A stretch of DNA of 63,637 bases, filler included, from Octopus bimaculoides (lineage: Eukaryota): assembly GCF_001194135.2 (NCBI RefSeq). It is 6 parts of 5 records of this genome, joined end to end, with 100 filler letters (N's around TTAATTAATTAA, not from the genome) between each part and the next. Parts side by side here need not be neighbours in the genome. Positions count along the whole stretch, not along the records: positions 22,862 to 39,469 come from NC_068981.1; 5 more parts are not named here. One strand, written 5' to 3'. The notes under the pieces were generated by a model. It was not told the DNA's origin. It saw only the letters and a list, made by a program, of their open reading frames with translations, and searched no databases. Both the position numbers and the translations under genes were made by a program. Positions 24,061 through 35,765 of this stretch are shown piece after piece. Within the stretch, counting starts at the first letter, position 1, and every line of letters begins with the position of its first letter.

Positions 24061-25370
24061 ATACATGTACATATATCTATAAATGTATATATATAGAGAG
24101 AAAGTGAGTGACATAGACCTGCGTGTACATACACTTGCGCGCACACATTTGTATGTATTTGTGTGTGCTTGTGTGTAACATGTTAGTCCTTGTTTGTTTC
24201 TCTAGTTCTATAGACAATCTCAGTTAATAGATGTTTTTCAGTCCATTATATTACATATGTGAGACTACCGTATTTGTATGTAGCATGCAGTAGTTTCCCC
24301 TGAGGTGTTTACCCTCACTCACATTGCTAGCATTCATAAATCAGTATCATTACACACTCTATTGTGTGTGTGTGTGTGTGTGNNNNNNNNNNNNNNNNNN
24401 NNNNNNNNNNNNNNNNNNNNNNNNNNNNNNNNNNNNNNNNNNNNNNNNNNNNNNNNNNNNNNNNNNNNNNNNNNNNNNNNNNNNNNNNNNNNNNNNNNNN
24501 NNNNNNNNNNNNNNNNNNNNNNNNNNNNNNNNNNNNNNNNNNNNNNNNNNNNNNNNNNNNNNNNNNNNNNNNNNNNNNNNNNNNNNNNNNNNNNNNNNNN
24601 NNNNNNNNNNNNNNNNNNNNNNNNNNNNNNNNNNNNNNNNNNNNNNNNNNNNNNNNNNNNNNNNNNNNNNNNNNNNNNNNNNNNNNNNNNNNNNNNNNNN
24701 NNNNNNNNNNNNNNNNNNNNNNNNNNNNNNNNNNNNNNNNNNNNNNNNNNNNNNNNNNNNNNNNNNNNNNNNNNNNNNNNNNNNNNNNNNNNNNNNNNNN
24801 NNNNNNNNNNNNNNNNNNNNNNNNNNNNNNNNNNNNNNNNNNNNNNNNNNNNNNNNNNNNNNNNNNNNNNNNNNNNNNNNNNNNNNNNNNNNNNNNNNNN
24901 NNNNNNNNNNNNNNNNNNNNNNNNNNNNNNNNNNNNNNNNNNNNNNNNNNNNNNNNNNNNNNNNNNNNNNNNNNNNNNNNNNNNNNNNNNNNNNNNNNNN
25001 NNNNNNNNNNNNNNNNNNNNNNNNNNNNNNNNNNNNNNNNNNNNNNNNNNNNNNNNNNNNNNNNNNNNNNNNNNNNNNNNNNNNNNNNNNNNNNNNNNNN
25101 NNNNNNNNNNNNNNNNNNNNNNNNNNNNNNNNNNNNNNNNNNNNNNNNNNNNNNNNNNNNNNNNNNNNNNNNNNNNNNNNNNNNNNNNNNNNNNNNNNNN
25201 NNNNNNNNNNNNNNNNNNNNNNNNNNNNNNNNNNNNNNNNNNNNNNNNNNNNNNNNNNNNNNNNNNNNNNNNNNNNNNNNNNNNNNNNNNNNNNNNNNNN
25301 NNNNNNNNNNNNNNNNNNNNNNNATATATATATATATATATAATCATTATTTATAATAATAATAATAATA

Positions 25371-25402
<32 letters not shown>

Positions 25403-25622
25403 CATTATTGGATGCATACATATATATATATGTGTGTATATGTGGGTGTATGTGTGTGTGGATGAGCGTGTATGTGTTTTACACAAGTGTGAGTGAGTAT
25501 ATGCATATATGCACATGCACGTGGGTGTGCGAGTGCGCATGTGTATGTACATGCGCGCGCACGCGGATTCTATGAGCGGAGTTTTAACCTTCTTTGAGTA
25601 ATTTTACTTTCTCCCTATTCAG

Positions 25623-25748
25623 GTAATTTCCCTTTATTTAATGGTCATTGTCATAACTCTTTTGTTTGTCTTAATAACGGTCATCTTCATAGTAATTTTC
25701 CCTTTATTTAACTGTCATTTTCATAGCATTTTTGTTTGTCTTAATAAC
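25623..25748 (+). repeat. About 69-bp tandem duplication immediately upstream of the hammerhead
   Basis: GTAATTT(T)CCCTTT(T)ATTTAA..TCATA..TTTTGTTTGTCTTAATAAC at 25623 and 25692. Confidence 0.85.
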
Positions 25749-25804
25749 TGACGAGATGCCGGAGCAGACTTCCGCCCCGACACCCGAAACTCTGAGTTTT
25801 ATTG
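25742..25804 (+). ncRNA. Type I hammerhead ribozyme, intact catalytic core
   Basis: TAATAA-CTGACGA(25748-54)-G..C stem II-GAAA(25786-89)-CTCTGAG-T-T-TTATTG; stem I TAATAA/TTATTG, stem III ACTC/GAGT, GUU cleavage triplet at 25796-25798. Confidence 0.75.
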
Positions 25805-26197
25805 TGGNNNNNNNNNNATATATATATATATATGTATGTATGTATGTATGCATGTATGCATGTATGTATGTATGTATGTATGTATGTATATGCGAAAAAT
25901 GTAAAAACGAACGGGAGACAAAAAGAAGGTCCGTAATTCTTCATCAGTTATCGACCAATTTGGTAATATTTAGTTTCGCACCTTTAACGATAAGACTGAG
26001 TGCTTCTCAACTGGCGGTGCCCACAAAAAAAAAATTCTTGCAGAGAATTAGGGACAAGAGCAAACAAAACAACCAAAACGATACAGAGTGTGACTTAGGA
26101 CGTGTGTAAGTATATATATTGTAAATTTTTTAACTTTTTTTTATATATAAATTATATATTATATAGTATGGTGTGGTGTATGCGTGTACATGTGTGA

Positions 26198-26240
<43 letters not shown>

Positions 26241-26732
26241 AATATTCTACATACATTCATATCTGTGCGTGCATATGATCATACAAATCTTTCTTTCCAT
26301 TGCTACTAAAAAAAACAGAAAAACTGAACAAGTATTGATCATCAATTTAATAACGATTGCAAGGGAAACATTACACCAAGCCTCTTTTTATCTGCATCAA
26401 ATCCGTTCAGTTGCAAACTAAGCAAAGATGTTGAGTCATAGCGATATCAAATAAGCATAAGTCGTTTGAAGATGATTAATTAGCATGCAATATGCTGGCA
26501 CCCGTTTCACAAAAACACAGATGATGAGGCGGATCAATTTCCGTCATCTCGATTAAATTTTCCTTAACGAGTATTTAATTTAAAATGTTATCAGTTCCTT
26601 GAATTTAAATGACATCGTCTACATCAATTTTTCCCCCTTATTCTGGACAACATTTATGGTCACTGCGTAACTAGATTTGGATACCGTAAGGTAATTTTCA
26701 CTTTGTCTATAGTTAAGTACTCAAGTAAACAC

Positions 26733-26793
<61 letters not shown>

Positions 26794-26803
26794 NNNNNNN
26801 NNN

Positions 26804-26852
<49 letters not shown>

Positions 26853-27219
26853 AAAATATGGAATAAAAAGTGTACATGAAGTACGTAATCAACTTTATTA
26901 GCTTACAGATGTTTCTGCGATAAGAAGCAATGCACTCAGGACCGTGTGCGTGTGTATTTTAATACTTTCCCAAATAAACATACGCTTCAATTTAAAGGCT
27001 CCGAGGAAGCTATGAGGTGATGCACAAGTACTCGGCTCTGAGTGCACGGCTTCGTATAGTAGAAACAGCTGTAAGTTAATGAAGTTGATTACGTAATTCA
27101 TTTATTTCATAATACACTCTGTACTCGATTAACGTTTTATTCTGCAGCATAAGTCTATTTAGTTCTGACAATAGGTTATTAGTATCGCTGTGCCTAAGTG
27201 AAATCAAAATCTGTGTGTC

Positions 27220-27285
<66 letters not shown>

Positions 27286-27392
27286 CACACACACATACGT
27301 ATGTATGTATGTATGTATGTATGTATGTATGTATGTATGTATATATGTATTATGTATGTATGTATGTATGTATGTATATATACATACATACA

Positions 27393-27571
27393 AGAAGTTC
27401 GAAATGCACTGGAAGTCTTTTAGATGGTATATTGGTGCTATGCTGCAACCGTCTTGTAGCATAGCACCACGTATTTCTATCTCACCTTGTAAAAATCATA
27501 AACATCTGTGAAACCGCTTAAGCCTTTAAAAATATACCATCTGAAAGACCCCCAGTGCATTTTCAACTTCT
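27393..27571. mobile_element. Small foldback element/MITE with 41-bp TIRs and an internal hairpin
   Basis: AGAAGTTCGAAATGCACTGGAAGTCTTTTAGATGGTATATT vs AATATACCATCTGAAAGACCCCCAGTGCATTTTCAACTTCT; inner 16-bp stem 27433-27469. Confidence 0.8.
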
Positions 27572-27620
27572 GTTTTTTTTTTTAATATTTTATATTTTAT
27601 TCCATGTGGAATAACTATGT

Positions 27621-27682
<62 letters not shown>

Positions 27683-28020
27683 GCCAGTCAAAACTCCCCT
27701 CAAAACCGCCTAAACTAGAAAAATAGAGCATCATACAAATTGTTTAATGTTCGGAATGCAAGTTCCTCTAGGGTCAATTATATCTTTCGTACTTCAGAGA
27801 GTGATAAAACACAGTACCAGTCATGAACTGAGGTTGATATAATTGCTTACTCTCTCCCAAATTTGAAGCTTGTGTCTTTATCAAAATCAGCATTTAGCTT
27901 AAAGGTACGGCAATAAACATACTGTCTTTAGATTATTTTTTGAAAGCCTCTAGACGCCCATCTTCAGGCCTTATCATTTCAATCCAAATCACCATTTCAG
28001 TTTTACATGTATGCAAAGCA

Positions 28021-28130
28021 GTGTGAAGGCGTGTGGCTTAATGGTTAGACCGGGCAGCACATTGAGTCATTGAGCATGGCACTTCATTTCACGTTATTCC
28101 AGTCTACTCAGCCTGTAATTGAGTACTAGC
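28021..28130 (+). mobile_element. Deleted SINE (family D-like)
   Basis: GGCGTGTGGCTTAATGGTTAGA A-box head and TTGAGCATGGCACTTCATTTCACGTT..CAGTCTACTCAGC core. Confidence 0.55.
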
Positions 28131-28389
28131 ACAGCTTAGTGCTGGTACAGCCTTTTCTCCCTCCAGCTGCCAATTCCTTGGTATTACGCTGGATATAATG
28201 TAAGAAGACTGCGAGAACATCTATGTCTGCTTGCAATTATATAGGTATCTAAAATAATTAGCGAAAGAGTGGTACAAGCTACTAGATCATATTGGCCTGT
28301 GATTGACAACCCAAAACTATACAAAGCAGCGAAAGAGGAAAACATCTATTTACGTTCTGATTTCAAAATAAATACTTGTAATATATCGG

Positions 28390-28586
28390 TTTCAAGGCCA
28401 ACAATTTCGACGAGGGATAAGCCGATTACATCGACCCCAGTGTTCAACTCGTATTTATTGCATCGACCTCGAAAGGATGAAAGGCAAAGTCGAGCTCACC
28501 GTAATTTGAACTCTGAATGTAAGGTCGGACAAAATACCGCTAAGCATTTCGCCCAGCGTGCTAACAATTCTGCCAGCTCGCCGCCT
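28390..28586 (-). mobile_element. SINE family A
   Basis: Reverse head CTGCCAGCTCGCCGCCT and GAAAGGATGAAAGGCAAAGTCGA body; a second truncated head lies at 28627-28649. Confidence 0.85.
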
Positions 28587-29262
28587 CAAATGCTCCTAAT
28601 ATATTAATAACTGATAAAGAGAGGATTTGACAGAACCGTTAGCACGCCGNNNNNNNNNNNNNNNNNNNNNNNNNNNNNNNNNNNNNNNNNNNNNNNNNNN
28701 NNNNNNNNNNNNNNNNNNNNNNNNNNNNNNNNNNNNNNNNNNNNNNNNNNNNNNNNNNNNNNNNNNNNNNNNNNNNNNNNNNNNNNNNNNNNNNNNNNNN
28801 NNNNNNNNNNNNNNNNNNNNNNNNNNNNNNNNNNNNNNNNNNNNNNNNNNNNNNNNNNNNNNNNNNNNNNNNNNNNNNNNNNNNNNNNNNNNNNNNNNNN
28901 NNNNNNNNNNNNNNNNNNNNNNNNNNNNNNNNNNNNNNNNNNNNNNNNNNNNNNNNNNNNNNNNATATAGTAATTATTGTCATTTATTCATTCATTTATT
29001 TATTTTCCTGGTTTCAGTCTTGCTTAGGAATCACCATCAAGGGTGCTTAGTTAATTATCTTGACTGCAATATTTAGTCTGATATTCATTTTATCAATTCC
29101 TATTTACCGGATGGCTAACTTCATTGTATTTCATTATTCTTCCACTCCCCACCACCACCACCACCACCACCACCACTCACCCAAGTAAATATCACAAGAT
29201 AATTCTGTTCAGCACACTGATTTACACCTGTACATACACAAAAACACATGCACAGAGGCACA

Positions 29263-29299
<37 letters not shown>

Positions 29300-29529
29300 T
29301 CTGAATTAGATTTGATAATACATACACATACATCACGTTTCGCTCCTCTGCACATGTGATTCGAAATCGCTATCTACTTATGGAATAACCTAATTTCTTC
29401 TTACTCGTTGCTATTCTCAGAGTTTTCAATCTCCTATACTTCTTTCTTTATTTCGTACATCAAAGTCGATATCGCAATACGAAACAACAAAGAGGCAAGA
29501 ATATTTCACTGCTGTACTCTCTTTTCGGT

Positions 29530-29672
29530 ATTTTTATCTTTTATCTTGTTTCAGTCATTGGGCTGCGGCCATACTGGGGTACCACCATGAAAGATTTTGT
29601 ACTGATTCTATCGGTCTCTTAATGCCGAACTGCTAAATTACGTGGACGCAAACAAACCATCACCGGTGGTCT

Positions 29673-29723
<51 letters not shown>

Positions 29724-29948
29724 CCATATACATACATACATACATACATACATACATACATACATACATACATACATACATACAGGACGGGCTTCTTTCA
29801 GTTTTCGTCTACCAGATCCACTCACAAGGCTTTGATCATCTCGGGGCTATATTATAAGATGCTTGCCTAACGTACCACATAGTGGGACTGAACCCGGAAT
29901 CATGTGGTTTGAAAGCAAGCTTCTTATCACACAGTCACGTCTGCGCCT
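29530..29948 (-). mobile_element. tRNA-derived SINE family B with internal (CA)n/(TACA)n
   Basis: Reverse complement AGGCGCAGACGTGACTGTGTGATAAG..CCGGGTTCAGTCCCACT..GCCTTGTGAGTGGAT..GAAAGAAGCCCGTC matches 57842-58020. Confidence 0.85.
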
Positions 29949-30134
29949 ATATTCATAGACTATGAAATGCAAAAAAATTTCGAAGCTTTTGAACCTTCAT
30001 ATGTTAGTTTTAGTAAATGGTTATCAGAACTATTAGATTCATCTCAATAAGTGACTATAAGGAAGATAATTTTACACTGTCAAAGGTTTAATGAAGTCAA
30101 TGAAAGGTCTATTGCAAAGGTCTATTGAATTCTA

Positions 30135-30212
30135 TTGTTTAGATTAAACGTTTAGATTTAACGTTGTTTAGATTAAACGTTGTTTAGAATAAACGTTGTT
30201 TAGATTAAACGT
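30135..30212. repeat. 16-bp minisatellite (TTGTTTAGATTAAACG, about 5 units)
   Basis: Direct inspection. Confidence 0.85.
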
Positions 30213-30214
30213 TC

Positions 30215-30560
30215 GAGGCAGCCGATCTATTCGATGGTGCTTCTTCCTGTCCGGAAAGCATGAATATAGACTGTTTCTGGTCCTATCTGTGATAATATCC
30301 TATCTGTAATAATTTCTATAAGTAGTTTGTAAACATGACTTACAAATTCAGAATATATTTAACAAATCCCTTAAGTTTTTACTAGAATTCAATAGATTAA
30401 TTTTTCATTTAGTTTCTTCCTGGAGGACAAGCGGTACGTCCGAAAATAGATTTGGGACTGATGGTAGAGATTTGTGCTTAGACGAGGTAAAGATTTTCGT
30501 AAAAGAGAACCCACTACTCACGGAGAGAATTTTACTGGATTCGTTCAGGAAATGTCACAG
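30215..30560 (-). mobile_element. Possible ancient LINE RT relic
   Basis: Minus frame ..AFRTGRSTIE*I.. resembles the Q.GFR.GRST motif of LINE RTs. Confidence 0.3.
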
Positions 30561-31540
30561 ACTTGTAATATGGTAGTCACTCTTGAACTGAAAAAAAAAA
30601 AAATGGCATTGAAAGAAGAAACTCACTAACCTTGAGCAATATAATTTACTACCAGAAAAAAAATTTCAACTACCTTCTTTAATGTATCAATTCAATAAAC
30701 TTCCAAATTTTAAGTGACAGAACGAAATTCAAACTCAACATTTGCTATTTGTTCAACGAGAACAAAGACTTCATAGATGTTGACAAAATAGATTTCAGCG
30801 TTTGATCATCTTTGATGTGGGTGAACACATCTTGGATGGAATTGCTTACCAAGAGCAAGTTCTTAGTGTTATTTTTTTTCAACGAAGAGTGAATGCTAAG
30901 CCTGATTAATTCTCCAAACAATTATCGTTCGAAATCACAGTTTTAATTACCAGATATAGGGATATTCTTTAGACATAGTTCTCACTTTCTCTTTCAGCTA
31001 TCCATCACACATATTTTCACTGTCCTCTTATGCTTCCTCCTTTTCTGTTTCAGAACACACATACACACACACACAACCGATTTTATGATACGACAGTTAG
31101 TAACCATGGAAACAATACATTTTTCTTCACCAAACTACAACCACTATTGCTATCATCATTATCATCATTGTCATCACCACCACCACCACCACCACCACCA
31201 TCATCGTCGTTGTCAAACACGTATATAGTGTACAGATTGCCAATTTGTATATATTCCTCATATGTCTAGCAGTGACATTACATTACATCTGTTAGTAAAA
31301 GATTAATACTTAGGAAACTACGAACAACTAACTTATCGACCACGGAACAGAGCAAGTTCTGTTCAGAATCAATTTCCTTTCATATTAATATTTATATTAT
31401 AATTTTGTTGGCGATTAGTTGATAATGCACACGATATAAAACCGTCACTTCTGGATGCTGAATAGACCTGGACATGTTCGTTCTAATGAATATATTGTGT
31501 CACAGCTATATCTAATTTCCCTGTCTTGTTTTTATTGCAG

Positions 31541-31607
31541 CCATTAACAAAGCCAATGGAGAAAGGATTTATAACATTTCAAATGAAAATGACTCGGAGT
31601 CAAGAAG
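31541..31607 (+). CDS. Candidate 67-bp internal exon of an unidentified host gene
   Basis: Strong acceptor CCCTGTCTTGTTTTTATTGCAG and donor AAG|GTATGT in unique DNA; two open frames (PLTKPMEKGFITFQMKMTRSQE or INKANGERIYNISNENDSESR); no homology recognised. Confidence 0.4.
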
Positions 31608-32207
31608 GTATGTAATTTTAGCATAGTTAGTCATTTCAAACTAGCAAGTATCCAAAGAGACAGTACTTAACTCGGTTTCTCTAACATTTACTATATGAGA
31701 GACAAAATTTCCACTTGGACAAAACATTAGTCTGCCACCGACAATTATGCTCTGAAGATGCAAAGACTTGGTCGTTTAGATTCCTATCAACACTGACATC
31801 CAGAATAAATATAAGCAAAGGCATTCCAGCCATGACCACCTCGTTATTCTGAAGACATGCAAGATTGCATTATCTGATCCTGACAGATGGTAGGATATGA
31901 TTCAAGGGTGATTAGGCTGTCATATTTAATCAGGTCGAGTAACTACGAAGTAGCTCACTCATTACTGCTTATTTCCTTCTTGAATAAACTGAAACAATCT
32001 TATTATGAAATCAAAGTATATTTTCGAACGGTCAGAGAGCTTCTTCGGCTTATTCAATAGGCCATCGCGCTTTTTCTAAATAATTGTTTCTTTAACAATA
32101 AACGTGTACTTTCACAGGGTCTGTTTTTTTTTTGGTGGGATGTTAAGTAAACTATGTAAAATAGTTCTCTTCATCACAATAAAAACCACATTTTGTAAAT
32201 ATTACAG

Positions 32208-32444
32208 TCCGGGAAAAGAGTGCCCATCACTCTTTACGGGGCTTTCAAGATTAGTAGTAGAGAAGGAGTGGGATGTCCTCAGATCGAAGATGGATCTGGC
32301 TCGAATGTTTGCAACAAAGAGGACTCTAGTTGATGGTGTCATCACTGCAACAGTATCAAATCTGATGAAAGTGTTTCTAAAAAATTAGTTCAAAATACTG
32401 CTATAAAATCAGTATTCACCGGCAGGTTCTTTAAAAGAGAAAAA
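32208..32444 (+). other. Candidate 237-bp exon-like segment, coding status unresolved
   Basis: TTACAG acceptor, AAA|GTAAGT donor, raised GC; all three frames contain a stop. Confidence 0.2.
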
Positions 32445-32855
32445 GTAAGTCGGATTGACAGAAAATAAAGTGATGTTTATGAAAGAAAACAGTTGTGGAT
32501 AAAAAAAATAAGGCTTTCAATGATGCCTTTCTCATAAAAATATAAATAAGTTTCGTTTGACTCAATACATTTAGTTGTGTAAGATATAAAGGACTTGAAC
32601 AACGTTGCTTGTGCAACCGACAGTTTTATTCTTTGCAAAATTAGTCTGTTGCTAAGAATAGTTCGCGTGTTATATAGACATTGCTAGATAGCCAATTAAA
32701 AATAAAAAGGAATTAGTAATCCAATAAATCCAGTATCGGCAAGCTTAGTTAAGTTAGTATCACTGTGTTAATTGTATACGATACGAGCAAAAGCAAAGTA
32801 AAACAAAAACTGCACGAGTACAAAGCCAAGATAATTAAGCCATAATGAAAGGAAA

Positions 32856-33500
32856 GGCAAATAAGTCGACGTTTCGAACAGTTGCTCTTTGTCAAGTTAG
32901 AAGGCGGGAGAAGAGAAGATATCCCGAAAGGAAAAAAGACAATGTGGTGTTGCAAATGTTTGAATGGCTGAAAGGAAACGAGAAGAATCTGAGTAGTGTC
33001 TGAACAGGGAAGAGCGAACGGGTACTAAGAGAAATAAGTATGATAGGAGCGGGGAAGTGTAGTTTAGTATGCGTGAGTGTGCTTATGTATGTGTGTATGA
33101 GCAAGGTTGTGTGTGTGTCATTGTGTGCAGACAATAGTAGGGAATAATGTGTGATTGTATGAATATCATGTGATGTGTGGATTGTATGAACAAAGCATCG
33201 TAGTGAATATCCGGGTAGAGAGGTGGTTGTGTGAAGTGCATGTGTAGTATTTATCAGTGGATGTATATTGCGAATATTAGGAGAAAACAAATCAGTTACA
33301 GATACCAGCAGGAACAGATGTGCTTAAGAAGAAGACTAACTGTTAAGGACAAATCCGGGAACGGACGTATCATGGGATTGCATAATCCCACTAACAGCGA
33401 GATGTAGGTGGAAGTAGCGTTAAGAATTTTCCATGCTTCGAAAAGGTGTTGCTGCCTTAGAAAACAATATCTTTTCCTGACTTGTAGCTCGCCATTTCAA
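32856..33500 (-). mobile_element. Penelope-like element 3' relic with degenerate hammerhead
   Basis: Minus strand ..LFEAWKILN.. (GIY-YIG C-terminal FLEAW-like) followed by a CA/TC-rich tail and TTGACAA-A-GAGC AACT GTTC-GAAA-CGTC at 32862-32900. Confidence 0.45.
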
Positions 33501-33570
33501 CGTGTAAACTATCAGACAGCCTTTTGACCAATTTGCACTAATATATAATAATCTACAGAATTAGCATTTA

Positions 33571-33780
33571 TTGTATGTTCCAGCATACAAGTCGAGTTTT
33601 TCAGATAAAAATTACAGCCAAAAAAAGGAAAGTCGACTTATACACCAAGATGATGACTTTGCGGGACCAAAAATTCCATGCGAAATGCAACCAGCTTTGG
33701 AAAGATAGTGATTATGTTTGAATGTTTACACTATATGTTTATAATATATACGACATTGACCTGCATACTGGAAAATACGG
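33571..33780. mobile_element. pogo/Tigger-like MITE
   Basis: TA-flanked; left TTGTATGTTCCAGCATACAAGTCGA vs right (reverse complement) CCGTATTTTCCAGTATGCAGGTCAA. Confidence 0.6.
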
Positions 33781-33789
33781 TAATGCAGT

Positions 33790-34200
33790 AGATGATATTT
33801 TTGGTGGTGCAAGTGAACCGAAGTGAACCTAGGTCCATGTCATGAAGATACATGACATGGACTTAGGTCCGTCTAGGTAGAGAAGTTCTAGACAAAGGGA
33901 TAGGTTTTGTAGTGAGAGCGGAAGCAGATAAAATACCCAGATCGGGTGCAGTGAGGGGATGAAAGAACTATATAGATCAGCAGCTCATCCAGGTTGCGGC
34001 TACATCAAAAAGAAAGGAGGTGTTCAGGAAAGATGTGGAAGATAGCAGGGTTGGACTGGAGGAGATGGAAGTTTTCGTAACATGGGTGCGCTGCAGAGGT
34101 CAGGCGGCAGAAAGGAATGTAAGGAGGAAGAAAGAGTTGTTAGTGATGGTGTAGATACAGGTCATGATGGCAGACGTAATAAACCGGTGAGAGGAAACTG
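33790..34200 (-). mobile_element. CR1/L2-like LINE 3' end relic
   Basis: Minus-strand text resembles the RT..SF..(T)W..L C-terminal pattern; strong hairpin at its 3' side (33828-33867). Confidence 0.35.
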
Positions 34201-34979
34201 AAACTCACTGCCAGACACACACCGTGTTTAATACATTTTTCTTTAAAGCAAATAACTTGTTTTATGACATTGTTTGTCTGTTGAGAGGAAGGTGAATGAC
34301 CGAATCGGATACATCAGATAAAATGCCTTATAGTATTTCGTTATGTGCAGCTACGTTCTGATTTCAGATCCCATACTTTACTGTCACCTTATTCTGGGAT
34401 GCTCGCCTGTAATAAAGAGTATGAAGTGTTGCAAAAAGAGATCAGCATGGAAATATTCACAAAGGATGCGTATATTTTTAGCCTGAGATAACAAACTGAT
34501 CGGGTGCCAGATAAGATGTATTGCAGTTATGTCCCTTTTTGCACTGAACTCAAAATCCCACTGACTGATAAAGCGAAACCGATAAAAGCAGTCTAATATG
34601 GGAGTTAATTTAATCGACTGTGTTGTCCTCCTCACAAATTTGTGGTTTTGTTTCAGTGTTAAAAATCATCATTTATTCATTCATTCACGGGAACTAGTAT
34701 GCAATTTATGAATAGAGGGTCAATTGGTGAATTAAACGCCAACCCACTTACCGGTTTACTACTGAAATCTGTTGAAGTAACAATATTGGCCAATCATTAA
34801 AGAAGCGATAACTAAAATGGAGTGACTATGTCAACTATGAGAGGTTTCTACATGAAATATTATTAAATATACCTGTTAATTACGGCTGAGCACACGGAGG
34901 TAGCTACCACTTCAAAAACGGCCAGGTTAATAATTAAGTTGTCAGTACTGTGTATTAACAATAGCAACAAAAAAGACGC

Positions 34980-35163
34980 ACACAGACAGGAAAACACACA
35001 CACACACACGTAAATAAATGCTGGAGAGAAAAGACAAAAAGAACATGGAAAGTGAAGAGAATAAAAGAATTTTATTAGAAAGGTAGATTGACAGAGACAA
35101 TGAGAAAGGGAGAACGAGAGGGAGATAGAAGAAAGAAAAAAAATGAAAAAATTAAGAGAGAGA

Positions 35164-35240
<77 letters not shown>
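34980..35240. repeat. (CA)n and (GA)n microsatellites
   Basis: Direct inspection. Confidence 0.9.
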
Positions 35241-35245
<5 letters not shown>

Positions 35246-35765
35246 GAGAAGGGAGGAGAAAGAAAGATACAAAAAAATTGATAGATGGAAGAAAATGCCA
35301 CAAATATTTTTGAATGAAGCGTACAGTCGATGAAATTAGCCAATTATTTCACTAGTATTTATCATTAAAAATACCGATAAAGAAGGCAGCAAATAAGAAT
35401 AAAATAAAAAAGATAAAGGAAATCATGAAGAAGCTTGAATTAATGTAGTATGTTACTGGTACTTATATATGCTATGTCATGTCAAATGCAGTCAGATCCC
35501 ACTGACTAGTCTCTTTCATGTTACCTTCTTCTCCATCAAATTTCAAAGTTTGTATCCAAGAGTAACTACCACATATGTTCGACAAATCTGCCTCTTCTTT
35601 TATCATTTATTGCTTCCCACTGTAACAGTTGACGTACGACTTAATCTCTTTTCTTCGCCAACAGTGTTACACAAACTTAAGATTGTGTTGTTTGATGGTT
35701 TTGCTGGTTTTTTTGCATTTTTGCATTTTTTTTGTTTTCGTTTTTTGCTAATAATGGTATATTTC

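Noticed and set aside
27005-27060. SECIS-like hairpin (ATGA..AA)
   Set aside because: Lacks the 3' GA quartet partner and correct helix spacing.
30135-30212. CRISPR-like array
   Set aside because: Units are contiguous without unique spacers, the context is eukaryotic and there are no cas genes; the same applies to 58891-58945.
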